DNA of 64,000 nt, taken from NCBI GenBank assembly GCA_963835655.1, contig CAWIGJ010000003.1:1314281-1378280 (forward strand), read 5' to 3'. The notes below the pieces were generated by a model. The model saw only the letters and a list, made by a program, of their open reading frames with translations. It did no database searches and was not told the origin of the DNA. Each line of letters starts with the position of its first letter. The stretch's first letter is position 1. The translations under genes were made by a program, and so were the position numbers. Source of the DNA: an uncultured Chloroflexia bacterium. GTDB lineage: Bacteria > Chloroflexota > Dehalococcoidia > DSTF01 > JALHUB01. This document shows, in pieces, positions 1-10,742 of this stretch.

Positions 1-254
1 TCAAGCCCGTCGCGCTACGGGCTGTCTATCAGGTTAGCGGCGCCGTCGACGTGCCGGTTATCGGCTGCGGCGGCATTACACGCGGCGAGGACGCGATCGA
101 GTTCATCCTGGCGGGCGCAACTGCCGTTCAGGTCGGGACGGCGACGTTCACAAACCCGACGGCGCCTCTCGACGTGCTCGCCGGAATCGGGCGCTTCCTG
201 CGGGACAACGGCGTGCCGGACGTGCGCGAGCTGATAGGCTGTGCGCGTTCGTAA
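1..254 (+). CDS. pyrD: Dihydroorotate dehydrogenase catalytic subunit, 3' part (5' end is outside the window)
   Basis: Open frame from the window edge reads [47 protein letters not shown], the class 1B DHOD C-terminal signature. Confidence 0.92.
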   Translation, partial: KPVALRAVYQVSGAVDVPVIGCGGITRGEDAIEFILAGATAVQVGTATFTNPTAPLDVLAGIGRFLRDNGVPDVRELIGCARS

Positions 255-319
255 CGAGGCCCGGCGATTTCGCGCCTGCAGCAGATGTATAATCAACTTT
301 CGGAAACAGTCCCTTCACT

Positions 320-398
320 CGGGGTGTAGCTCAGCCAGGTTTAGAGCGCTTGGTTTGGGACCAAGAGGTCGACAGTTCGAATCTGTCCACCCCGACCA
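320..398 (+). tRNA. tRNA-Pro(TGG)
   Basis: CGGGGTGTAGCTCAG...CTTGG-TTTGGGA-CCAAG anticodon arm, GTTCGAAT T-loop, encoded CCA end. Confidence 0.96.
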
Positions 399-541
399 TT
401 TTCATCGTAGACGGTGCGCCGCGCGCTTCTGGCCGTGTCATCGCTCGTCCAGACACCCGGCGGGCATATGTGGGCGGAAAGCGACGGCAAGGATAGTGGG
501 GCGGCCTTCACCGTCGCGCTGCCCTCAGTGGCTTAGCTTCT

Positions 542-1294
542 CTACTGCACCTGGATAGTAACGCTGATCAGCGTATCGCCAGTGGCCAGGCTCTGAAGTA
601 CGTCCATCCCTGACTTTACCTGTCCAAACGGCCAGAAGTTCGTCGCGTCGAGCCGCGACGGATTGAGCACGATAAAGAAGCGGCTGCCGGCGCTCGTGCC
701 ATCGGCGCTACCCGCGAACATGCCCAGTGAGCCCACGTCGAAGGTGTGGCTATTCGTCTCGTTCTGGATTTCGTAGCCAGGACCGCCCTTGCCGTTACCC
801 GCTGGGTCGCCGGTAGCAGCGAAGGAACCGGAATCGACGTAGTAGAAGGGCAGGTTGTTGAAGAAGCCCTGCTGCGCCAGGAAGACAAAGTTGTTGACCG
901 TATTCGGCGCGTCGGCGGCGAAGAGCGAAACGACGATATCGCCCTTGTTCGTCTTAAGCGTCGCCGTGTAAGTCTTTGAAGTATCGATGGACATTGCCGG
1001 CGGCGTGGTCCACTGCTGGATCTGTTGGACAGTGGGTGTCGGCGGCTGATCGGCTGAGGGCGTAGGCGTTTCCGTCTCGGCCGCAGGCGTCGGAACCGTC
1101 GAATTCTGGCTAGCGCGACACAGGCTGCCGCCCAGCGCCAGGCTGCCGACCATGATGATAATACCGACTATGTAAAACAGCTTGACGTTGCTGAACAGGC
1201 CAAACGGGCCGTGTTTAGTTTCCGGCCCCGACCAGTCGACCGTTCGCCGCTGCCTGCCTTTTCGCTTGCTACGCTTTGGTGGCTTCTTAGGCAT
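542..1294 (-). CDS. Membrane-anchored cyclophilin-type peptidyl-prolyl isomerase
   Basis: N-terminal TM helix and Pro/Thr linker, then TNKGDIVVSLFAADAPNTVNNFVFLA...GDPAGNGKGGPGY. Several usual active-site residues have diverged (FYYV instead of FHRV). Confidence 0.85.
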   Translation of the reverse strand: MPKKPPKRSKRKGRQRRTVDWSGPETKHGPFGLFSNVKLFYIVGIIIMVGSLALGGSLCRASQNSTVPTPAAETETPTPSADQPPTPTVQQIQQWTTPPAMSIDTSKTYTATLKTNKGDIVVSLFAADAPNTVNNFVFLAQQGFFNNLPFYYVDSGSFAATGDPAGNGKGGPGYEIQNETNSHTFDVGSLGMFAGSADGTSAGSRFFIVLNPSRLDATNFWPFGQVKSGMDVLQSLATGDTLISVTIQVQ

Positions 1295-1574
1295 TTAAGA
1301 ATCTCCGACTCACTAACCGCGCCCTTTCAGCGGGCACAGCTAGTATAACAGAGCGAATTCTCTCGGCAAACTCGTGCTGGTAACGTCCTCGGTTCGGCCG
1401 GCACTACTTCCTCGGCTACAACGGAAGGTTCCCCGGATCCCTTGCTACCGCGGCGGCGGAAGCAGATTGCGGAACACGCCGGCACCTTGAAAGGGTGGCG
1501 TCCTTGGCTTGAGTTGGCCGTCAGTCAAGTTCCGCCGGCTGCCCTCTTGATTAGATAAGGCCTGTCGATTATTA

Positions 1575-1603
1575 TTAGGAGACCTTATAGTTAGGACTCC
1601 TAA
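1575..1603 (+). promoter_or_regulatory. Probable MarR operator pair overlapping the -10 of a short-leader promoter
   Basis: TTAGGA-G-ACCTTA (1575-1587) and perfect TTAGGA-C-TCCTAA (1591-1603) flank TATAGT (1586-1591), directly before ATG 1604. Confidence 0.6.
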
Positions 1604-3979
1604 ATGGGGCAGAATCGTCTTTCCGAACAAGCCGAGCGCATCAGTCGTCTATCAGTCAGCATCGCTCACAACATGCCGGTGGCAGCAATTGTCCAGTCGG
1701 CCTTTCCCGGTCTCTCCATGTCCCAAATGCACATCCTGTCGCTGATTGACGAACGCGGCGAGACCGAGGTGTCCATGAGCGAAATGGCCAGGGAGATGGC
1801 GGTGACGATGCCTTCCGTCACTGGCCTCGTCGACCAGCTCACCGGAAGAGGGCTGGTTTCGAGGCGGCACGACGATCAGGACCGCCGTCGAGTCCTCGTC
1901 GGCCTTACGGCCGCTGGTCGAAAGGCGCTAGACGACGCGTGGGAAGCGGTCGTCGTTCTCGTCGCCCGCCTGCTGGAAGGGATCTCTGAGGGGGATCGCG
2001 AGTCGTTGGTGGCCGCCACGGAACGGGTCCACGCTCTGTCATTGGAGATACGTAACGAAGAGATTCGCGACCTTGGAGTCGCGTACTGGGAAGAGGACGG
2101 CATGAAGAAATTCTCTCGATTGTTAGGGGAGTTCATCGAGCGGCATTCAGCCTGGGTGGCTCTAGCCGCCGCGCTTATCGCGATTGTCGGAGTCTTTGGG
2201 GCGACGAAGGTACAAATGCGCACGTCCCAGGACATGTTCATCTCCAAGAATTCGAAGGTCTACCAGGACTACCTTCGCATGAGTGATCAATTCGGCGGAC
2301 AGCAGGTGCTCGTGCTCCTCTCCGGCGATCCCAGTACATTGCTCTCACAGTCCAACCTGACGGCCTTCAGAGGTTTGCAGGACGAACTCACCAAGGATTC
2401 AAGGATTCAGAGTGTGGTAAGCCCGCTGACCTTCATCCAATCCGACGCCGAGCAGGCCGTTGCCGACGGAACGCAAAGCGGTTCCGTTGATGCCCTGTCC
2501 GTCGACCCTCAATTCGCCCATTCGGCTGTCTTCGATTCGAGCGGCCAAGTCCTCCCCCAGCTCACCAGGGTGATCCCCGACAACGACCATGTGCTCATTG
2601 CGGTGACGCTGGCGGGGGGTCTGACAACCGATGAGGAGAACGCTGCCGCGGCCTCCGTGCGCGATCTCGTGAAGTCCACCCAATTCTCCAACGCCAATGA
2701 TGTGATCGTGGCCGGCACGCCACTCCTCATGCAAGCAGTCCAGGACAAGATGAAGACGAGCATGGGGATAACCCTTGCCATCGCGGTCGTGCTTATGGTT
2801 GTCGCGTTGACCCTGATCTTCCCGGTGCGCTGGCGTTGGCTTTCTCTTCCCATAGTCCTCATCGGCGTCTTATGTACATTCGGACTCATGGGCTACATCG
2901 CGGTGCCGATCACAATGGTCACAATGGCCGGACTTCCGATCCTGATCGGCCTGGGCGTGGACTACGCTATCCAGCTACACAACAGGTACGAGGAAGAGAT
3001 CTTGCGAGGCGATTCGGCCGCGCAGGCCGTGATCGACGCCATCACGCATATCGGGCCGGCCGTCGGAATCGCCGTTTTTGCCACTGTCCCTGGCTTTCTA
3101 GCGCTGCTCGTCTCTAAGGTCCCCATGATCCGCGATTTCGGCGTCATGCTTTCGTTTGGCGTGGTGATTCTCTTCGCTGTGGGGCTGTTCCTCCTGAATA
3201 GCATCCTGTACCAGCGGGACAAGAGGCATCCGGCCGTCGTGGGCGGGAAGAACGGGCAGAAGGAGAGTCGTCGGGCCCTGTTCCTGGCGGGCCTGGCCAA
3301 GCGCTCTATCAGTAACCCCACCCCGATCATAGGTGTTGCCATACTCGCCGCCGCCGCTGGCTTCTGGTTGGATCACCGGATCCCGGTTCAAACCGACGTT
3401 GAGTCGATGATCCCCACCAACATGACAGAGCTCGTCGACCTGAACCGGGTACGCGCAGTCGTTGCCAAAGCAACTTCAGTGTCCTTCCTTGTAGAAGGCG
3501 ACGATGTGACCAATCCTGATACGTTGCGCTGGATGCAGTCGATGCAGGCGCAGGAACGGGCCCTCCATCCTGAGCTGCTCAGCGACGATAGCCTGGCGAG
3601 CGCCGTCGCTGACGGCACAACGGACAAGCAGATTCCGTCTGCGGCCGAGACGCAGCAGATTCTCGCTGGGTTGCCAGACATCGTTCGTAGCGGCCTCGTC
3701 AGTGCGGATGGCCATGAGGCAGTCGTCTCCTTCGGCATCCCCATCATACCTATCGGCGACATGAACAAACTAATCGATCAGATGGAGGCGGAGATACAGC
3801 CGCCTTCAAATGTGGACGTTGCTCCGGCCGGGACGACGGTTCTGATGGCTCGTACGGTGACGGCCCTTACCGCTAATCGCAACCTGGCTACGATCATTGC
3901 GCTGCTTGCCGTTGCCGGTGGATTGTTGCTTGTATACCGCAGGGTGGAAGGGCTCTCGCCCCACTGCTGCCAATCGTGA
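1604..3979 (+). CDS. MarR wHTH domain (aa ~1-160) fused in frame to an MMPL/RND (HAE3-like) transporter; C-terminus truncated by a frameshift
   Basis: MarR motifs (SEMAREMAVTMPSVTGLVDQL...DRRRVLVGLTAAG). An internal ATG at 2102 with an SD-like GAAGAGGA begins the RND part (GLGVDYAIQLHNRYEEE). Confidence 0.8.
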   Translation: MGQNRLSEQAERISRLSVSIAHNMPVAAIVQSAFPGLSMSQMHILSLIDERGETEVSMSEMAREMAVTMPSVTGLVDQLTGRGLVSRRHDDQDRRRVLVGLTAAGRKALDDAWEAVVVLVARLLEGISEGDRESLVAATERVHALSLEIRNEEIRDLGVAYWEEDGMKKFSRLLGEFIERHSAWVALAAALIAIVGVFGATKVQMRTSQDMFISKNSKVYQDYLRMSDQFGGQQVLVLLSGDPSTLLSQSNLTAFRGLQDELTKDSRIQSVVSPLTFIQSDAEQAVADGTQSGSVDALSVDPQFAHSAVFDSSGQVLPQLTRVIPDNDHVLIAVTLAGGLTTDEENAAAASVRDLVKSTQFSNANDVIVAGTPLLMQAVQDKMKTSMGITLAIAVVLMVVALTLIFPVRWRWLSLPIVLIGVLCTFGLMGYIAVPITMVTMAGLPILIGLGVDYAIQLHNRYEEEILRGDSAAQAVIDAITHIGPAVGIAVFATVPGFLALLVSKVPMIRDFGVMLSFGVVILFAVGLFLLNSILYQRDKRHPAVVGGKNGQKESRRALFLAGLAKRSISNPTPIIGVAILAAAAGFWLDHRIPVQTDVESMIPTNMTELVDLNRVRAVVAKATSVSFLVEGDDVTNPDTLRWMQSMQAQERALHPELLSDDSLASAVADGTTDKQIPSAAETQQILAGLPDIVRSGLVSADGHEAVVSFGIPIIPIGDMNKLIDQMEAEIQPPSNVDVAPAGTTVLMARTVTALTANRNLATIIALLAVAGGLLLVYRRVEGLSPHCCQS

Positions 3980-4401
3980 TCGTTGTCGGGTGGTCGTCGG
4001 CGTTCATGTATGCAATTGGTCTGAATCTGAACCCCCTCACCGCGGTCCTCGGTTCGCTGATAATCGCCATCGGAACCGAGTTTACGATCCTGCTTATGGA
4101 GAGATACGTGGAGGAGAAGGAGAATGGGCTGGAGCCACGCGAAGCTATGGTCACCGCTGTTTCGCGCATCGGGCCCGCAATCACTGCCTCGGTTGCTACG
4201 GTCGTTGCGGGATTCGCTACATTGATGCTCTCCGACTTCCCCCTGCTGAAGGACTTCGGCAAGGTCGTCGTTATCGACGTGATGTTCGCCCTGGTGGCGA
4301 CGCTTGTTGTGCTCCCGGCAGTCGTTGTTTGGCTGGACAAGGTCTTCTCCTCGCCGAAGCCACTGGGCGAGAGAATCGGTCTGACCCGATCACGTCGCTA
4401 G
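3945..4401 (+). pseudogene. C-terminal TM helices of the same MMPL/RND transporter, in a shifted frame
   Basis: Alternate frame GRALAPLLPIVIVVGWSS...IAIGTEFTILLMERYVEE mirrors the first RND half. Frameshift near 3940-3950. Confidence 0.75.
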
Positions 4402-4481
4402 CGTGGAGTGGTATCGACGAGTGAAGCGGACGCTTGCTGTGACAGCGTCAGGCAAGCCGCATCGCGATATCAGAGATCGTA

Positions 4482-4547
4482 ACGGCCTAGCGCACGAGGC
4501 GCTAGGCCGAAACAGATAACGGACAGGGCTCGCTGTCAGACGAGCCT
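4482..4547. terminator. Two GC hairpins between convergent genes
   Basis: CGGCCTAGCGC-ACGAG-GCGCTAGGCCG and AGGGCTCG-CTGTCAGA-CGAGCCCT. Confidence 0.6.
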
Positions 4548-7010
4548 TTAGACCTCGAACTCAGTCCTGGCGATGATGTCGTTCTGAATCGCCTTCGACA
4601 GGTCGATGAAGCGGTAAGAGTAACCCGAGACCTTGACCATCAGGTCAGGGTAGTTCTCCGGGTGCTGCTGCGCATCAACCAGAGTCTCCCTGCTCATCGG
4701 GTTGAACTGGACCTGCCTGCCACCGAGAGCAAAGTAGCCCTCCAGCAACGAAGCGAACTTCTCGACCCCTTCATCGCTCTTGATCGTCAACGGGTTCAAG
4801 TTCATGTTAACGGCTGTGCCCGAGGACAAGGGCGGGGCCGATACCTTCGCTGCGGAGTGGAGCATGGCGGTCATGCCCTTGACCTCCGTACCGTTGGCAG
4901 AGGACATTCCGTTAGAAACCGCTTCGCCCCGCAACCTGCCGTCCGGGGTGGCCCCCATCATGTGACCCTCCCCAATCTGAGACCCGCCGGCGGATATGAG
5001 GAGCGCTCGGTAAGGGCCGCCGTCCATCGCGCGGCGGTGCTTTCGTGCTTCCTTGTTCAGGGTTTCCGCTACCCACAGGGCTATCTCGTCGGCCTTCGGG
5101 TCGTCGTTACCGTACTTCGGGGCCTTGTGGAGCAACTGCTGTCGCAACTCCTCGGCGCCCTCGAAGTTGTTGTTCAGGTGGTTGACGAGCTCCTCCATCG
5201 TCACGAACTTCTCGTCGAAGACGGCCCACTCGATGGCAGCCAGCGAGTTCGCGACCGTGGCTACGCCCTGGCAGGAGACAGAGGCATGGTTGTAACGGGC
5301 GCCGCCCCGGGTATTGTCGAGGCCGGACTCCACGCAGCCTTCGATAGTGCAGGACAGCAGCGGCGTGGGGAACGACTCCGCAAAAACCCTGTCCTTCGCG
5401 TCTGTCAGCTTGCACATGACGTCGATGGAATTGGCGAGCTGGTCGGCGAAGGCCTTCTTCACATCTTCGAAGGTCTTGAACGTGGAAGGAGGCGGCGTCT
5501 TAACGCCAATGTCTTCCCAATCGGGGGCTGCGGCCCCTCCTTCGCCCTTCTGCATAAACAAGAAAGCACGGGGACTCATGTGCGCACGGCCTTCGTTCAG
5601 AGCCATCTCCAGCGGCCGCACGAAGTGGGCAATACTTCCCGAGGTATAGCCGTTGTTGTTGCCGGTCGACGTCAGTTCAACGCAGCCGACAACGCCGTAG
5701 TCGCGAGCATCTTCGAGCGAGTAGCCGTCAACCATGAGGTCCCTGATGCAGACGGCGTCATTGTAGAAGGCGACGCCGGCGGTGACGCGGTGAGTGGCGC
5801 AGGCATTGAGCAGGAACTGGCGCGGTGCCTTGTCGGAAATTCGAACCGCCAGCCCGTTGCGTAGGCCCTTGAGACGGGTGTACGACTCGAGCATCATGAA
5901 CGAGATGTCGTTGGTGCCGTCTTCGCCGTCCCGCTTCAGGCCGCCGATGGTGATGTTGTTAGGGCCGAAACCGGTGAAGGTGGAGACCTTGATGAAGTAC
6001 TCGTCGAGAGCTTGCAGTGCCTCTTCGCGGTCGATCAGGCCGGCTTTTTCGTCCTTCTTGTAGTAGGGATAGAGGTACTGGTCGACTCGGCCCGGCGCGA
6101 AGATGGCGTCTTCGCCGTAGCTTATCGCGGTAGCTGCCTGGGTCATCCAGATGGCTTGCGCGGCGTCTTTGAAACTCGTCGGCGGCTCTGCGGGGACACG
6201 CCGGCAGCGGTCGGCGATCTCAAGGAGCTCTGCCTTCCGCTCTGGGCCGGCTCGCTCCGCCTGCGCCTCGGCGAGGCGCGCGTAGCGCTCGGAGAAGTCG
6301 CAAACGGCGTTGGCTACGACCTGCACGGACTCCAGGAAGTCCTTGCGCTGCTCGTAGCGGTCGTCTCCCTCGTGGAGCTTGGCGAGTTGGTCAGCAGCCT
6401 GCTTAGCGATGCCCCGGAAGCCCATGTCCAGGACCTTCTTCATGCCAACCGTAACGTGGCCCTGCATGTCGCCAGCGGCGGCAACGTGAGGCATCGGATC
6501 GTTTTCGGGGACGAGGCCTTCCTTAATCCAGCGCGCCACCATCAAGGCGTGCGCGTCTTTACCTCTCCAATAGGGCAAGATCTCGTCTCTCAGTTCCTTG
6601 ACCTCTTCATCCGGCATCTCGAGGAGAGCCTTTACCCATTCCGCCGAAATAGCCTCGAGGTCTTCGACGAACTTGATGTCCTCGACGCTCTTGCCGTGGA
6701 ACGGTATGCCGATGAACACTGTACGGCTTACTGATGACCTTTCAATGCCTATAGGGGAGGCGACCGTCTTCGCGGATTTTGCTCCGACCAGAAGTTCATC
6801 GTCCTCGATATTGATGGTCATGTAGCGAAGAGTCTCTTCCAACCCCTTCGCAGCTCGCATGCACGGGGGCTGCCCTTCGGTCTTCCTGTAGGACCTGGTA
6901 TAGTACCTGGCCCGCTCAATGTCTGCCTCATAGGGGCTGGCAAGCAGCTTCTCGCGCAGCCTTCCGATCCGCTCGGAATACCCGACCTCCGGTTTCGCCG
7001 TCGCTACCAT
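4548..7010 (-). CDS. Glycyl-radical enzyme (PFL2/dehydratase-like), substrate unknown
   Basis: 820 aa; IERARYYT N-terminus, GRVDQYLYPYY, Cys loop GCVE, ATPDGR, C-terminal Gly loop HPENYPDLMVKVSGYS. Confidence 0.92.
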   Translation of the reverse strand: MVATAKPEVGYSERIGRLREKLLASPYEADIERARYYTRSYRKTEGQPPCMRAAKGLEETLRYMTINIEDDELLVGAKSAKTVASPIGIERSSVSRTVFIGIPFHGKSVEDIKFVEDLEAISAEWVKALLEMPDEEVKELRDEILPYWRGKDAHALMVARWIKEGLVPENDPMPHVAAAGDMQGHVTVGMKKVLDMGFRGIAKQAADQLAKLHEGDDRYEQRKDFLESVQVVANAVCDFSERYARLAEAQAERAGPERKAELLEIADRCRRVPAEPPTSFKDAAQAIWMTQAATAISYGEDAIFAPGRVDQYLYPYYKKDEKAGLIDREEALQALDEYFIKVSTFTGFGPNNITIGGLKRDGEDGTNDISFMMLESYTRLKGLRNGLAVRISDKAPRQFLLNACATHRVTAGVAFYNDAVCIRDLMVDGYSLEDARDYGVVGCVELTSTGNNNGYTSGSIAHFVRPLEMALNEGRAHMSPRAFLFMQKGEGGAAAPDWEDIGVKTPPPSTFKTFEDVKKAFADQLANSIDVMCKLTDAKDRVFAESFPTPLLSCTIEGCVESGLDNTRGGARYNHASVSCQGVATVANSLAAIEWAVFDEKFVTMEELVNHLNNNFEGAEELRQQLLHKAPKYGNDDPKADEIALWVAETLNKEARKHRRAMDGGPYRALLISAGGSQIGEGHMMGATPDGRLRGEAVSNGMSSANGTEVKGMTAMLHSAAKVSAPPLSSGTAVNMNLNPLTIKSDEGVEKFASLLEGYFALGGRQVQFNPMSRETLVDAQQHPENYPDLMVKVSGYSYRFIDLSKAIQNDIIARTEFEV

Positions 7011-7571
7011 CTCAGTCTCCTTTCGCTGTTCACCGGTAGGAATCAGACTTGCGGCCGCCCATCGTCATAATCGGCAGGCGCCCATACCACGATTAGCATT
7101 TTATGTATCGGTTCCTTGGCGGAAGGTTCTGTACCCGCCAGACAACCCTGTTTCTATGCTTTCCCTCCCAGATACTCATTCCGGCGCGGAATCTGAATTC
7201 TTCACCCTTCCGACGCCGCGAGATCCGTCGATCCAATTCTTGCCGCGACCTACTCACCTGTCAAACAGGCTCCGAGTTTTGCCTATACGCGCGATGCGCC
7301 GCAACCCGCCGTCCTCACAATGCGGTGTGAGGCAGCTGCCTCGCCTCGTTGAACTACTATCCCTCTGTCCCGACCGGGAGGGAGTACAGAGTTTCCCTGA
7401 TTTCCGGTTGTAGGGAGTCCGCCAGACGCCCAATGGCGCTAATAGCCGCTGCGTCGAGTGGGCGGAGGCTGCTGCTGTTGACGGATGATCTGGGGGAAAG
7501 GTGAAGCGATCTGCTCCTGAAGCGAGAACGGGGACGGTGTCGCGACTGATTCTGCTGCGTCGTGAGCCCTG

Positions 7572-8195
7572 CTAGGTCACAACTGGGGCAGGTGCGACGA
7601 TGGCCGCCAGGAAGAAGTCGGCGACGGCGTCCGCGGCGCCGCTGTATGTTCGTCTTGATGCTAGCGCCAGTAGCATGCCGGACTGGAAGATGGACGCCAG
7701 CGCCGCCAGCGCGACGGCAACGTCCAAGTCGGAGCGAAAGGAGCCGTCCTCTATCCCTCGCTGCAAGACGGCCGCGATGGGATCTGTGAGGTGCGGCGGG
7801 GCTTCCCGCTTGTGGTTGGGCAACTCGTCAATCTGTCCCCTCAGCACGACCTCGGTGAGGAAGCCGAAGCGCTCCAAGAGCGCCGCTGAGGCGTGGATCA
7901 TTTCCCGGAGGGCCACCCTCAGGTCCTCCCGTTCGGCAGCGACATTCAGCCTTTGTGCCAGTTCCTCCGCGGCCGCCTGCCTGACCGCCGTGATCAGCCC
8001 ATCGCGGCTATCGAAGTGTCGGTATAACGAACCAACGCCGACGCCGGCGCGCTCCGCGATCTCCCTTATCTCCGCGGACAGCCCCTTCTCCGCGAAGAGT
8101 TGTCGCGCCGCCTCCAAAATACTCTCGCGATTGGCAACGGCGTCCGACCTGACTGAGGGAAGATGAACTGGCTCCCCTGCTGAGCCCATCGTCAT
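7572..8195 (-). CDS. TetR/AcrR family regulator
   Basis: RSDAVANRESILEAARQLFAEKG...IAERAGVGVGSLYRHF helix-turn-helix. Confidence 0.93.
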   Translation of the reverse strand: MTMGSAGEPVHLPSVRSDAVANRESILEAARQLFAEKGLSAEIREIAERAGVGVGSLYRHFDSRDGLITAVRQAAAEELAQRLNVAAEREDLRVALREMIHASAALLERFGFLTEVVLRGQIDELPNHKREAPPHLTDPIAAVLQRGIEDGSFRSDLDVAVALAALASIFQSGMLLALASRRTYSGAADAVADFFLAAIVAPAPVVT

Positions 8196-8210
8196 GAAAG
8201 CGTTCCCCTA

Positions 8211-8265
8211 TTGACCGAAGCAGCAAGCGGTCCGATAATAAAGAGGAATCGGAATTCCTGTTCCT
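8211..8265 (+). promoter_or_regulatory. Sigma-70 promoter plus palindromic operator (probably TetR) for the MFS gene
   Basis: TTGACC-N17-GATAAT (8211-8239), followed by the imperfect palindrome AGGAATCGGAATTCCTGTTCCT (8244-8265). Confidence 0.6.
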
Positions 8266-8478
8266 ACTTTAGGCCTCCACTTTCGCGACGTCAAGGGGAA
8301 CAGGTGGCGAGTGCGGCTGTGCGCCCTTGATCAGAAGCGAGCCTTTTCACCCCTAGAGAGAATCGGAACCAAACAGTGCGTTGTGTTGTCTCCGGGCTGA
8401 CCGAGTATACATGCCGGAAGCCACTGCCGGTGCTCGCGGTTGACGGGCTCAGAATGCGCTTCAGCCGCCAACCATTGA

Positions 8479-10116
<1,638 letters not shown>

Positions 10117-10742
10117 CGCTGGTCGAGTTTATGGTGATGCCCGCCTGCGATGGACTGGGCGCAACCTACCTCTCTCGTCATCCACCGACGGCCCGAACGC
10201 TACCCGGCTAACGGGCTGGTGAGGGCCAATCTAGCAAGGAATAAGGCAGCGGGCTTCTCATTCGAGGATGGTGAGGGACGCTGGATCACAGCGAGTTAGC
10301 ACCGCGGCCCGCAGGGATTGAGGTTGGCCGAACTTCGCACCCTCAAAGGGCGTTCTTTCGAAATCTGTTATCACGGCGGTCTTCCGACCGCAGTCTGCCC
10401 CTCTTGACGCACCTAGATTGTGATCGGGCGGCCGGCACCGGACACATGTCCACACGCCTCGCAGGTCTGTTATCCTGCGCTTGCTTCTTGAACCCTGGAG
10501 GCTGCACAATCAGGCAAGGAAGCGTCGTTTGACATACCCTAGATAGCCGTTTTGGCCCGCCTGGGGCATCGCTTCCGACCTCCCAACCAAGGCTGTCTTT
10601 CGCCGGGCCGCCTGCGTGATCGGCACGAGGGTGCTGATCAGCGCCAGCAGCAGGCTGAAAAGAATAGTGAACGGCGTAGGAGGTTGCGACAGCTGCGCCG
10701 TGACCGCATAGACCGCGATATTTCGCCGCAGTTCATAGAACA

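Noticed and set aside
4662-6734. Long + strand ORFs (400 aa and 240 aa) opposite the glycyl-radical gene, and similar ones opposite sufB, sufD, sufS, arsM and treT
   Set aside because: Antisense shadows expected from GC-rich codon bias; no recognisable motifs.
7020-7560. 540-bp intergenic region upstream of the glycyl-radical gene as a riboswitch or small gene
   Set aside because: I found no recognisable aptamer motif or credible ORF by eye; an Rfam or blastx search could still find something.
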